NCBI GenBank assembly: GCA_023246005.1
Contig: JAHFJG010000007.1
Location: 7,312-71,311 of the forward strand
Length of the DNA: 64,000 bases
Origin: Candidatus Doudnabacteria bacterium
Lineage (GTDB): Bacteria; Patescibacteriota; Doudnabacteria; UBA920; O2-02-FULL-48-8
Direction of reading: 5' to 3'
The position numbers were made by a program, and so were the translations under genes. Positions within the stretch are counted from its first letter, which is position 1. Every line of letters starts with the position of its first letter. A model generated the notes under the pieces. That model had not been told where the DNA came from. It saw only the letters and a list, made by a program, of their open reading frames with translations, and searched no databases. This document shows positions 55,081-64,000 of the stretch, one piece after another.

Positions 55081-55132
55081 TGTTGTTAATACTAACAACA
55101 GTATTCTATCAGATACAAAATTTATTTGTCAA
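55081..55132 (-). promoter_or_regulatory. dinB operon promoter with palindromic operator
   Basis: TTGACA-N18-TAGAAT on the minus strand; TGTTGTTA-ATAC-TAACAACA over the +1 region. Confidence 0.6.
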
Positions 55133-55518
55133 TCATCTTTTTTCAGCATTAAGCAAGCGGAATTGATGCAATAGCGCTTGCCGCCTTTATCCGACGGCCC
55201 ATCGTCAAAAACGTGGCCTAGGTGCGAACCGCAATTTTTGCAAATGACTTCAGTCCGGATCATCCCGTGGTCATTATCTTCACGGAGCTCAACATTTTTT
55301 AGGTTAGCAGGTTCGGTAAAGCTGGGCCAGCCTGTGCCGGAATCAAACTTGGTGTCTGACGAAAATAATTGATTGCCGCACGCCGCGCAAACAAACATGC
55401 CTTTCTCATGATTATCCACATACTTTCCGCTGAAAGGCGCCTCGGTTCCCTTTTCCCTCATTATCTTATACTGATCCGGAGTCAACTTCTGCTTTATTTC
55501 TTCTTCTGTCATAGTCAT
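55129..55518 (-). CDS. msrB: Peptide-methionine (R)-S-oxide reductase
   Basis: GTEAPF, KFDSGTGWPSF, HLGHVFDDGP, RYCINS. Confidence 0.98.
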   Translation of the reverse strand: MTMTEEEIKQKLTPDQYKIMREKGTEAPFSGKYVDNHEKGMFVCAACGNQLFSSDTKFDSGTGWPSFTEPANLKNVELREDNDHGMIRTEVICKNCGSHLGHVFDDGPSDKGGKRYCINSACLMLKKDD

Positions 55519-55544
55519 ATATTAATAATGCCAAAAACTGCTAT

Positions 55545-56270
55545 TCAAATAAATCGAGTAATTAAAAAAATAAATACAACACCTAGAACTGTAAGCCCGA
55601 TTAATTTCGCTGAACTTTGTTTGCTATGGGCTTCCGGTAAAATATCGCTGGCGCCAATATATAACAGGAAACCGGCAAAAAATCCTAAGTATAAAACCAA
55701 AAAATGGGACGAGACTTTAAAAAACAAAGTTGATAATGCTCCTAATACTGGCGTAACTGCGTCTAATACTAAAAACATTTTCGATTTCCTCGGGGTATTA
55801 TTATTGATTAACATTAAAGCGACCGTATTCATGCCATCAGTAAAATCGTGGGAAATTACCGCAATCGCCACTAGCAAACCAACTGCTGGGTTAACTTGAA
55901 AACCTAAACCAATACCCACTCCATCCATAAAACTATGTCCAGCTAATGCTAAGGCCGAAAGAATTCCGACTTGCGGATGCCTATGATCGGCATAATCTCC
56001 TTCATGCAAATGGTGGATGACTAAAAATTTTTCTAGGACATGAAACAAAAGAAATCCAATAACTAGTGCAATCATGACCTCGGTAGAGCTAAAATGATTT
56101 TCTTTTATTTGATTGATTATCTCTGGAAAAATATCAAAACTCACCACTCCCAAAAGCACGCCAGCAGTGAAACCCATTATCAAATGGAGTTTATCTTTGA
56201 ATTTCACCGCAAATAATCCACCTAGCAAGGTCGAAAAAAAAGTAAAGATTGTTAGAATAATAGCTTGCAT
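55545..56270 (-). CDS. ZIP family metal transporter
   Basis: HSFMDG, HDFTDG, DILPEAH. Confidence 0.92.
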   Translation of the reverse strand: MQAIILTIFTFFSTLLGGLFAVKFKDKLHLIMGFTAGVLLGVVSFDIFPEIINQIKENHFSSTEVMIALVIGFLLFHVLEKFLVIHHLHEGDYADHRHPQVGILSALALAGHSFMDGVGIGLGFQVNPAVGLLVAIAVISHDFTDGMNTVALMLINNNTPRKSKMFLVLDAVTPVLGALSTLFFKVSSHFLVLYLGFFAGFLLYIGASDILPEAHSKQSSAKLIGLTVLGVVFIFLITRFI

Positions 56271-56358
56271 TGTTTAATCATAACAAAAAATCGCCGAAAT
56301 GGCGATTTTTTACAAGGCCTTGAAATATTAATCAAAATCTGATAAAATTTCTTTACGT

Positions 56359-56433
56359 TCGGGCGTAGCTCAGCGGTAGAGCAGCTGACTGTTAATCAGC
56401 GGGTCGCTGGTTCGAATCCAGCCGCCCGAGCCA
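56359..56433 (+). tRNA. tRNA-Asn(GTT)
   Basis: Cloverleaf, loop CTGTTAA, GTTCGAAT, GCCA end. Confidence 0.96.
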
Positions 56434-56449
56434 AATTAAGCGATATATT

Positions 56450-56758
56450 ATGATACTTGAAGAAGTTAAGAAAAAAATCATGCCCATTCTGCATGCCAAC
56501 GGAGTAGAATATGCGGCGATTTTTGGATCCGCGGCACGCGGACAGACGACTCCGAATAGTGATGTCGATATTTTAGTTCGGTTCAATAAGCCGATTTCTC
56601 TTCTAGACCATATTGGAGTTGCTCAAGAACTTGAAGATATCTTACGGCAGAAGGTTGATTTAATTACCGAACAAAGCTTGAACAAATATGTAGTCCCAAA
56701 TGTAAAAAAAGATTTAATTGTTTTATATGGACAAGGCCAACGATCAGATTTACAGTAA
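56450..56758 (+). CDS. MNT antitoxin (MntA-type)
   Basis: FGSAARGQTTPNSDVDIL. Confidence 0.92.
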   Translation: MILEEVKKKIMPILHANGVEYAAIFGSAARGQTTPNSDVDILVRFNKPISLLDHIGVAQELEDILRQKVDLITEQSLNKYVVPNVKKDLIVLYGQGQRSDLQ

Positions 56759-57056
56759 ACACATTTTGAAAGCGATTGAAGGAATCGAAGCTTTTGTTTT
56801 GGCTATGAACTTTGATCATTTTAAAGCAGATATTAAGACGCAGATGGCTGTTACCCGGGAATTAGAAATTATCGGGGAAGCGGCTAAACGCTTGTCAGAA
56901 GAATTTAAAACCAATCACGAGAGTATCCCTTGGCGTAGAATAGCCGGCATGAGAGATTTTCTTATCCATGATTATATGGATGTAGATATAAAAGAAGTTT
57001 GGAAAGCGGCAACGGAAGATATACAAGAGCTGAAGAAAGTAATAGAAAACCTTTAA
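56727..57056 (+). CDS. HEPN/DUF86 toxin (HepT-type)
   Basis: IIGEAAKRL, IPWRRIAGMRDFLIHDY (Rx4HxY). Confidence 0.93.
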   Translation: MDKANDQIYSKHILKAIEGIEAFVLAMNFDHFKADIKTQMAVTRELEIIGEAAKRLSEEFKTNHESIPWRRIAGMRDFLIHDYMDVDIKEVWKAATEDIQELKKVIENL

Positions 57057-57202
57057 AGCACATTAGCGAAGGCTAGTGTTTTTTATTGACACTTGCCAGG
57101 ATTCGAACTTGAAAATTTAAGCACTGACAAGGATCATAAATTTTATTAAACTATAATGTTCTTAGAATTGGTCCGCAATAACACACAGGAGGTAGTTCCG
57201 AC

Positions 57203-57466
57203 ATGGAACCGTCAGGTTCGGATAAACGCAAGGGCAGAAAGAGTCGTATTCCAAACACGGCAGAACTGACTGATGAAGAAGTGGTGAGAGTGGCGCTGAG
57301 TCCGTTCAGAGATGCTGTAGAGGAGCAAGCACGGTTACAAAACCAAAAGGGACGGATGGGCCCAAGAAGCTTGCTCCACCGCTTCCATCAGTTCCTGCGT
57401 CATGCGTCACGCAAGAATTCGAAATATCTCTTTCTGATTCAGATCCAAAAACGTTCCCAAAGCTAA
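57203..57466 (+). CDS. Hypothetical protein
   Basis: AGGAGG SD; no recognisable motif. Confidence 0.4.
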   Translation: MEPSGSDKRKGRKSRIPNTAELTDEEVVRVALSPFRDAVEEQARLQNQKGRMGPRSLLHRFHQFLRHASRKNSKYLFLIQIQKRSQS

Positions 57467-57509
57467 TGTTTTTTGTTAAACTAAAGCCAGCAAAAATTAA
57501 CCTATTTAT

Positions 57510-58661
57510 ATGCCCAAAGGCGAAGTTTTGGAATTTAGTGAGGGCTTGGAAGAACAGAACAAAACAATCGAACGAGAAGAAATTTTGAAAAAGTTGAACG
57601 TTCCTAATATTATTGAAGTTTATGCCAATTTAAGCTTAATTTGGCGAGCTGATAAGCGACTGGCTTTAGCAGTGATAATAAGAGATGGATTGGCTTTGCA
57701 TTACGCTTCCGCGGAATTACAGAATGATCCGGAAGTGGTCGAAGCAGCAGTTGCTAATACCGAACTAGCATGGCCATTTGCTTCCAATGACATGCAGGCT
57801 CGCCGTTTCGAAATTATGGCGCGGATTGAAAGCAAACTAAAAAGTGGCCGAGCAGAAAGAATTACGGAACTTCAAAGAGAAACTCAGAGAGAAATGGAAG
57901 CCAGTCACGAATACAGTCGCGAGTTAGAAAGGATTAAGGCTATAATAACAAAAAATTTTTGGAAGTCTCCCGACCCGGAAAAGAATATTAGGATTATGGC
58001 CAAAGAGTTAGCCATGGACCCCAAAGAGGTCTGGAAAGTTATCGAAGAAGCCCATACTCCGGAAATTCTGGTCAAAGTTTCAAACAAACCACTGGTGGAA
58101 GCCCTGGATCAGAAAAAAATTGAAATGTATTGTTTATTGGAGGCTTTGAAAGAAGCAGGGTTTACTCCTGCTGTGTGGACTTTGGGCAATAAGAAATGGC
58201 AATTAAAAAAACTTGAGCTCACAGGAGCTAAGAAATATTTTGACGAAGAACATATATTCGTGGCAGAAAACGAGAAAACAGATGAGAAAACTTCTGAACT
58301 TCGTAGAATCTTTGATAAAATTTTAGAAGACAAATCCAGAGGCAGACCGATTCATGTTTACATTGTGGATGACAAACAGAAAGAAATAGATGCGGCTATG
58401 GGTTTATCCCAAGTTTATGAACAACAAGGAATTATAATCCACAATTTTAGGTTTGATCTGAAGAATAGCCAGGCAGATGGCACCAAATTTTATGGATGGA
58501 TATTGGAAGAACGCGAAAAGCATTCTAATTTAGTTTTAGTCTTGGATTTCGATCAAGTGATCGCGGATACCAATGGAGCGCTAGATCAGGCCTGCAAAAA
58601 TATTTTAATACGAAAGTCAAAACAAGAAAAGCAAGAATCTGATCACGCCATGGCCGCATGA
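57510..58661 (+). CDS. DUF4116-repeat plus HAD-like domain protein
   Basis: DGLALHYASAELQNDPEVVEAAV; HAD-like motifs WTLG, IVDD, LDFDQVIADT. Confidence 0.65.
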   Translation: MPKGEVLEFSEGLEEQNKTIEREEILKKLNVPNIIEVYANLSLIWRADKRLALAVIIRDGLALHYASAELQNDPEVVEAAVANTELAWPFASNDMQARRFEIMARIESKLKSGRAERITELQRETQREMEASHEYSRELERIKAIITKNFWKSPDPEKNIRIMAKELAMDPKEVWKVIEEAHTPEILVKVSNKPLVEALDQKKIEMYCLLEALKEAGFTPAVWTLGNKKWQLKKLELTGAKKYFDEEHIFVAENEKTDEKTSELRRIFDKILEDKSRGRPIHVYIVDDKQKEIDAAMGLSQVYEQQGIIIHNFRFDLKNSQADGTKFYGWILEEREKHSNLVLVLDFDQVIADTNGALDQACKNILIRKSKQEKQESDHAMAA

Positions 58662-58686
58662 GAAGCAGATTCGGGATTCCAGAACA

Positions 58687-60087
58687 TTAGTTGGATATTT
58701 TCTGGGTTTTAGTCAGATCAAACGTGCTGTTTTCGAGATTATTTTTGATTGGAATCGAAAAAGCGAAAGTTGAACCCTTGCCCTCGCCTTGCGATTCGAC
58801 CCAAATCTTGCCATTGTGCTGTTCAATCACGATTTTGGCAACATATAAACCAAGGCCTAAGCCAGCTGAATTTTTAGATTTTTCTTTGCCTCGATCAAAT
58901 TTTTCAAAAATACTTTTTTCTTGTTCCACCGTAACCCCCTTACCTGTATCAGTAACTTTGATTATCAAATCCTGATCTGTTTCTGACAATTCGACTACAA
59001 CCCGGCCTTGTTTGGTGTATTTTATAGCATTGTCAATTAAATTATTAATTACTTGACGCAATTTTTCTTTGTCAGCAATAATTTGGGGAAGAGTTGTTTC
59101 TGGCTGATTAAAAATCAGCTGAATTTTTTTATTTTCAGCTTGTGGCAGCAGTTGATCAACTGTAAGTTGAGTAATGGCTAACAGATCAATTGGTTCAAAA
59201 TTAAACTCCAATTTGCCGCGTTCAATCCTAGAAACATTAAGCAAATCGTCAATTAAAGATATCATGGAATTATTAGTCAGTTGAGTTTTTTGTAATTGCT
59301 TTTTCACTTCCTCTGGCAACTGACCAAAATCGTTAGCCAAAATTGATGCTAAATACCACTTAATGGTCGTAGGCGGTGTGCGCAGCTGGTGGCTGGCGAT
59401 AGTGATAAATTCTGCCCGGGCTTGATCCAAAATTTTCAGTTGTTCATTAGCCTCTCTTAATTGCTCGTATAAGAAAGCTTTGTCTAAAGCAACGGCTACT
59501 ACATCAACCAAGCTATTAATCGAATCCTTTTCGTGTTCATTTAAGACGCTGTAGTCGCGATTAAGTCCCAGAAAAAGAGCGCCAATTACTCGATTTTGCG
59601 TCACCAAAGGATATAAAAGAATCGTCTTGATGTGTGATTGATCCGAAATCGTTTTCAGTTTTATTGACGGAATTGTTCCACCCCAAATTACGTCCAAATT
59701 ATTTGGCTGGGCTGGAGCTTTTTCATAAAAAACTTGCTTAAGAATTGGTTTTTTTGAAACTTCAGTGATTTGTAAATCTTTAAATAAAAAACCGAGTTTG
59801 TTCATTATATTCTTCAAACGTTCTGATTTGGAAAACATAAAAGAAGTCAGTGTGTCGGTTTTATCGTCAAAATGCATCACGCCCACAGCTTCCATATTTA
59901 AATCAACCCTAACTGTTTCTGAAATCTTTTCAGAAAGCGAGGGCGGGTCTAGAGTTAACAAGCTGATTTGATAAAGCTTTCGCAGAAGCGAAAGCGTTTT
60001 ATTGACAATTGCAAGTTCTAAGTTGCGCTTATAGATTTCCTCGTTGATCTCTTGCAAGTGTCCGTCGTTGGAATCAGTATTTGACAT
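58687..60087 (-). CDS. GAF sensor histidine kinase
   Basis: ASHQLRTP, NLIDNAIKYT, DTGKG, GLGLGLY, GKGSTF. Confidence 0.95.
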   Translation of the reverse strand: MSNTDSNDGHLQEINEEIYKRNLELAIVNKTLSLLRKLYQISLLTLDPPSLSEKISETVRVDLNMEAVGVMHFDDKTDTLTSFMFSKSERLKNIMNKLGFLFKDLQITEVSKKPILKQVFYEKAPAQPNNLDVIWGGTIPSIKLKTISDQSHIKTILLYPLVTQNRVIGALFLGLNRDYSVLNEHEKDSINSLVDVVAVALDKAFLYEQLREANEQLKILDQARAEFITIASHQLRTPPTTIKWYLASILANDFGQLPEEVKKQLQKTQLTNNSMISLIDDLLNVSRIERGKLEFNFEPIDLLAITQLTVDQLLPQAENKKIQLIFNQPETTLPQIIADKEKLRQVINNLIDNAIKYTKQGRVVVELSETDQDLIIKVTDTGKGVTVEQEKSIFEKFDRGKEKSKNSAGLGLGLYVAKIVIEQHNGKIWVESQGEGKGSTFAFSIPIKNNLENSTFDLTKTQKISN

Positions 60088-60089
60088 AT

Positions 60090-60395
60090 TTATTTCAGAC
60101 TCGTGGGCACTTGGTCTTTCGGCAATTCGACGATCAGATCCTGGACCGCATCTTTACAGACTTCGGTTGAAGCTCGTCCAAACAATCGTGTGTATTGAGC
60201 CACTAGTTTATTCAGGACTTCTTTAGCATCGCCATCAAAGGAAACTTGGCCTTTGGATTGGTCAACGATATGGAATCCAGAAACTTTTTTCGCTTCTTCC
60301 CAAGCCACTGGTCCGATGATCAGTTCTTGTTCTTTGATAATCCGCAATGATATTTGATCAAAGATACTTGCGCTGGTTGTGGCTGTCGCAATCAT
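60090..60395 (-). CDS. Conserved small hypothetical protein in the kinase operon
   Basis: IIKEQELIIGPVAWEEA; coupled to flanking genes. Confidence 0.7.
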   Translation of the reverse strand: MIATATTSASIFDQISLRIIKEQELIIGPVAWEEAKKVSGFHIVDQSKGQVSFDGDAKEVLNKLVAQYTRLFGRASTEVCKDAVQDLIVELPKDQVPTSLK

Positions 60396-60399
60396 AAAA

Positions 60400-61224
60400 T
60401 TAACTATTTTTTATCTTATAAAAAGTCGAGCCTAGTTTTATAAGACTAAGGGTCATCATAAAGTAAGCGAGTAAATATAAAAGATCACTAAAAATTATAT
60501 TGCTCCCTATATAAAAATTTCTATTTGATAAAAACAAAAAAACATAATCTGCAACAAATTGAGCAAATAACGCGACGATAAAAAATAAAACGGGTTTTTT
60601 CATGATGCCCCCAAGAAAACGTGATGAGGTAATAAAAGTAATAATGGCCATTGAAACATAAATGGCTTGTCCGAGCGGATAACCAAAGTCAAAAAAAATG
60701 GTAAGAGGATGACTCCAGTCGAATTGATAGCCTTTCAAGAAAATATTGTATGAAAACCCTAAAATACAAACGGGTATTAACAAAGCCAAAATTCTTATAG
60801 ACCAAGAGCTGAAAAAATTCCGTGATCGTAGTGCCTTATATAAAAAATAAATACCACATATATACAAAGGAATGCTCCCAAAAAAACCAATGTCAGCAAT
60901 GGAAGGATAAAGTACTTCAACTTGCTTATAAGTAAAATAGCTAAAGACGAATTGGCCAAAAGATTGAGCAAGAAGTCCTGAAGCAAAGGCTAAATTAGCT
61001 CGACCGATTTGACTCTTCCAACCGCCCCATAAATTTGAAAAATAAATGCCATAGAAAACGCCAAACCAAGCAATTATCTGGTATATCGCGGACCAGAATT
61101 GCGCATTATAGCTATTTGGGTCTGATTTAGTAAAAACAAAGAAAAGACCCCAAATCATCAAGATAATAAAAACGATAACTGGTATAAATATTGTTCTTTT
61201 CGCTATATTCTCTTTGAGTTCCAT
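60400..61224 (-). CDS. Multi-TM membrane sensor-like protein
   Basis: 7-8 TMs; YPSIADIGF, DFGYP. Confidence 0.7.
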   Translation of the reverse strand: MELKENIAKRTIFIPVIVFIILMIWGLFFVFTKSDPNSYNAQFWSAIYQIIAWFGVFYGIYFSNLWGGWKSQIGRANLAFASGLLAQSFGQFVFSYFTYKQVEVLYPSIADIGFFGSIPLYICGIYFLYKALRSRNFFSSWSIRILALLIPVCILGFSYNIFLKGYQFDWSHPLTIFFDFGYPLGQAIYVSMAIITFITSSRFLGGIMKKPVLFFIVALFAQFVADYVFLFLSNRNFYIGSNIIFSDLLYLLAYFMMTLSLIKLGSTFYKIKNS

Positions 61225-61231
61225 AAAGCAA

Positions 61232-62179
61232 TTATATTACAAAATCATCCAAATAAGCAATTGAGTATTTTTTTAGGAAATGTGCTGGTCTATAGGAATT
61301 TTTAGAGAACCGCAAATTCGGTAATCCTAAATCTTGCTCATCATTATGATAGTCAATTCCCATATCCAAAAAAAATTTTGCGTGACTTTGCATTAAAAAT
61401 TGTGAAATACCTTCATAACCTATATTCGATTTTCCAAAATGCGAAAGGCAATAATCGTCCATTATTCTCTCACTAACAATGAAGCTCGCTAATTTATCTT
61501 CAATAAAAATAGAAAAGCATATTAATGATTTCAAAAAATCGTCAGGTGATGATAATAATTTTTTAAAAGCAATTGATTCGTTTTTAAAATCTTCTAATTC
61601 TTTATAATTTTTTGTATTGTCTATTTTATCTTTTTTCTTTTTTGTCCATAAGTCAACTAAATCTTGTAATATTTTTTTATTCTTTTCCTCTGTAAGGTTC
61701 ATGAATTTGACTTCAAATTTGTGTATTTCCTTGAAGCGACGAGTATTTTTTCTATGCTTTTTATATTCCGAGCCAACATATGCGGCAAGGTTTTTTATTG
61801 AGTAGATATAATCAAAATGATTTCGTTCTTCTATAATATTAAATTTATTTTGATCCATTTTTACTACAGAATTCTCGGGTACTAATTTAAGTACTGGTCT
61901 TATTTTCTCTTTCTTTGATAATTCTAGTAAGGCTTCAGCGGTTTCATTCGTTTTTTCACGTCCTAAAAACGAATAGAACGATTCTTCAGACAAATAGTCT
62001 GAAAATTTAACCAGTAAATTACCATTCAACTGAGAGATACGAATCGCATTCTTAATATCCCAAACCCACAGAGAAACAAAATTAAAATCCGAATACGGCG
62101 GGTACTGCAACGTAATTTCTTCTATATCGGCCTTGTCAGTTATTTCAAGTTTTTTAAATTGTGGAAACTTTGGAAGCAT
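61232..62179 (-). CDS. DUF2156 / phosphatidylglycerol lysyltransferase C-terminal-like GNAT protein
   Basis: SDFNFVSLW.W, DYIY, HFGKSN, NDEQDLGLPNLRFSKNSYRP. Confidence 0.85.
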   Translation of the reverse strand: MLPKFPQFKKLEITDKADIEEITLQYPPYSDFNFVSLWVWDIKNAIRISQLNGNLLVKFSDYLSEESFYSFLGREKTNETAEALLELSKKEKIRPVLKLVPENSVVKMDQNKFNIIEERNHFDYIYSIKNLAAYVGSEYKKHRKNTRRFKEIHKFEVKFMNLTEEKNKKILQDLVDLWTKKKKDKIDNTKNYKELEDFKNESIAFKKLLSSPDDFLKSLICFSIFIEDKLASFIVSERIMDDYCLSHFGKSNIGYEGISQFLMQSHAKFFLDMGIDYHNDEQDLGLPNLRFSKNSYRPAHFLKKYSIAYLDDFVI

Positions 62180-62394
62180 AATAAATTGAGGTTTTTCACC
62201 CTCTGCGGATAACATTATTGTAGCATGGTCGTGTTGTTTTCCAAAAGAATTTAGGATTGACTAAAGATGAAATAAATGCTAAGTTATTAAGTCAAGGATG
62301 GCTTTTGCCTCTTTGCGATCTTGAACAATCAGCAGGAGGCAAAAGCATACGAAATTACAGCGTTGAGTCTGTTTTTCCAGGAGGGAGTTCCATC

Positions 62395-63711
62395 ATGAAA
62401 AAGCAGTACGTTTCAGACCTCCATCAGAGACTCGACGTTGACCAAAACGTCGTTCTCTACGGATGGGTTAAGGCCAGGCGGATACATGGACGCATCGTCT
62501 TTATCGATGTCGTCGATTCGACTGGAACTATACAGGCGGTGTTTGAGAAAGGTCAGTGTCCCGATGTCGTGTTCGTAATGGCCAAAGGCTTAACTCTTGA
62601 GTCGAGCGTTAAGGTACAAGGTCAGCTGCGGGCTCGGGGGATACAACGCGAGATCGTGGCGTGTTGTCTCGATGTAATCAGCCAAGCCAGTATCGCAGTT
62701 GATCCTCATGTCCGCGATCCCATCGACATCTTCGACCCCGCGATTCAGGAACAGCTTTTAGGCCATCGTCATTTCTATCTTCGCAATGAGAAGGTAATGG
62801 CGATCCTCAAGTTCCGTCACTTGCTGATGGGTTTGGTTCATCAGTGGTTCCGAAGTCAGGGCTATACCGAGATCACGGCTCCAGTTCTGACTGCAGTTCC
62901 ACTCTACGACGATCGCTCCGCTATCGGGCTGACAGTCGACAACCAGTCAATCTTCCTCACACAGTGCGTTGGCTTCTACCTAGAATGGGCCGTGCACGCC
63001 TTTGAGAAGGTCTACAACATCGGCCCGAGTTTCCGGGGAGAAGAAAGTCGCAGCAAGCGTCACCTTATGGAGTATTGGCACATCAAGGCCGAGATGGCAT
63101 TTGCGGATCTGGAGGACGTTATCGCTACGGTCGAAAGCCTGATCAGTTTCGTTTCGGTGGCCTGCCACGAACAAGGGGGCGACCTGGCGAAAACATTAGG
63201 CCGATCGATTTGCCGCGACGGCGTCAGCACTCCATACCCGCGGATCACTTACGCGGAAGCGGTCGAAAGCCTCAAGCGCGATGGTGTCGATTTTCAGTTC
63301 GGCAAAAGCCTCGGCTCTGACGAGGAAGAACTGCTCTCCAGGCAATTCAAACAGCCCTTCTGGATCGTCGGTGTTCCGCGCACGATCGAACCGTTTCCGT
63401 ATGTTGTCGATCCGAACGACCCGCGCGTCACGCGCACAGCCGATCTGATCGCGACCAACGGTTATGGCGAACTGCTCGGCGTTGCTGAAAAAATTCAGGA
63501 TCTCTCGATGCTGGACGAACGGCTCGCTGAGAAGGGCAAGCTTGGCAATCCGCTCTATGAATGGATGCGTGACCTCCGGAAGTTCGGCTGCGTTCCCCAT
63601 GTCGGTTTCGGCTTGGGGGTCGAACGTTTTATCCGGTGGCTGATCGACATCCCGCACGTCCGCGATACCATTCCTTTCCCGAGAACTTTTCGGCGAAAGA
63701 TTTTCCCTTAG
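62395..63711 (+). CDS. asnS: Asparagine-tRNA ligase-like protein (divergent, GC-richer)
   Basis: OB-fold GWV...FIDVVDSTG, motif 2 FRGEESRSKRHL.E, motif 3 PHVGFGLGVERF, PFPR; SD before ATG 62395. Confidence 0.8.
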   Translation: MKKQYVSDLHQRLDVDQNVVLYGWVKARRIHGRIVFIDVVDSTGTIQAVFEKGQCPDVVFVMAKGLTLESSVKVQGQLRARGIQREIVACCLDVISQASIAVDPHVRDPIDIFDPAIQEQLLGHRHFYLRNEKVMAILKFRHLLMGLVHQWFRSQGYTEITAPVLTAVPLYDDRSAIGLTVDNQSIFLTQCVGFYLEWAVHAFEKVYNIGPSFRGEESRSKRHLMEYWHIKAEMAFADLEDVIATVESLISFVSVACHEQGGDLAKTLGRSICRDGVSTPYPRITYAEAVESLKRDGVDFQFGKSLGSDEEELLSRQFKQPFWIVGVPRTIEPFPYVVDPNDPRVTRTADLIATNGYGELLGVAEKIQDLSMLDERLAEKGKLGNPLYEWMRDLRKFGCVPHVGFGLGVERFIRWLIDIPHVRDTIPFPRTFRRKIFP

Positions 63712-63725
63712 TGAGGTAAACTACA

Positions 63726-64000
63726 ATGCTGAGAATTCTCGTTTCCCAGCTTGGCAACTACATCGGCCAGACCGTCACGATCGCCGGTTGGGTTGAAAAC
63801 GCCAGGCTCCTCAAGCGCATGCAGTTTCTCGTCGTGCGCGACCACAGCGGTTCGTTGCAGGCGATTCACGAGCGATCGGTTGACGAAGCGTTGGCCGCGG
63901 TAATTGACAGCATTAGCAACGAGTCGGCGGTCACGGTGACCGGCGTGGTCGTTGAAAATGCGCAGGTTAAACTCGGTGGCTTGGAGCTTCAGATCAAGGC
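63726..64000 (+). CDS. aspS: Aspartate-tRNA(Asp/Asn) ligase, archaeal-type, 3' truncated by the window edge
   Basis: Own translation: MLRILVSQLGNYIGQTVTIAGWV...FLVVRDHSG...SNESAVTVTG...KLGGLEL; GAGGT SD. Confidence 0.75.
   Translation, partial: MLRILVSQLGNYIGQTVTIAGWVENARLLKRMQFLVVRDHSGSLQAIHERSVDEALAAVIDSISNESAVTVTGVVVENAQVKLGGLELQIK

Noticed and set aside
57092-57110. tRNA T-arm-like GCCAGGATTCGAAC as att site of the tRNA-Asn island
   Set aside because: Opposite orientation to tRNA-Asn and too short a match
62257-62394. N-terminal extension of AsnRS in the ORF track
   Set aside because: The TTG is part of a -35-like TTGACT; homology and SD support ATG 62395

Overview
Chromosomal window of a Patescibacteria/CPR bacterium, genetic code 11 (lineage inferred from gene content, not from a database search). 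It holds housekeeping genes (recG, rsmA, pcrA, recO, ileS, argS, smpB, tmRNA, infC-rpmI-rplT, dinB, msrB), three tRNAs, an Ile T-box, a cobalamin riboswitch, toxin-antitoxin genes, a long minus-strand VirB4/PrgI/VirB6-like secretion operon (about 7.6-24.3 kb) and a GC-richer AsnRS/AspRS pair at the right edge. The main signal is an ecosystem of tiny repeat-bounded gene cassettes. Six junctions of the secretion operon each carry a small co-oriented cargo gene (four four-helix-bundle/IVP genes, one GxxExxY, one GIY-YIG). Each cargo gene is bracketed by its own inverted repeat arms, with the upstream stop and downstream start codons at the outer edges of the arms. Cargo-less copies of these and related palindromes occur elsewhere: in frame inside ileS, recG, rsmA, argS and dinB, and inside the T-box, the B12 riboswitch and a tRNA. 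Mechanisms are inferences; coordinates were read by eye and may be off by a few nt.
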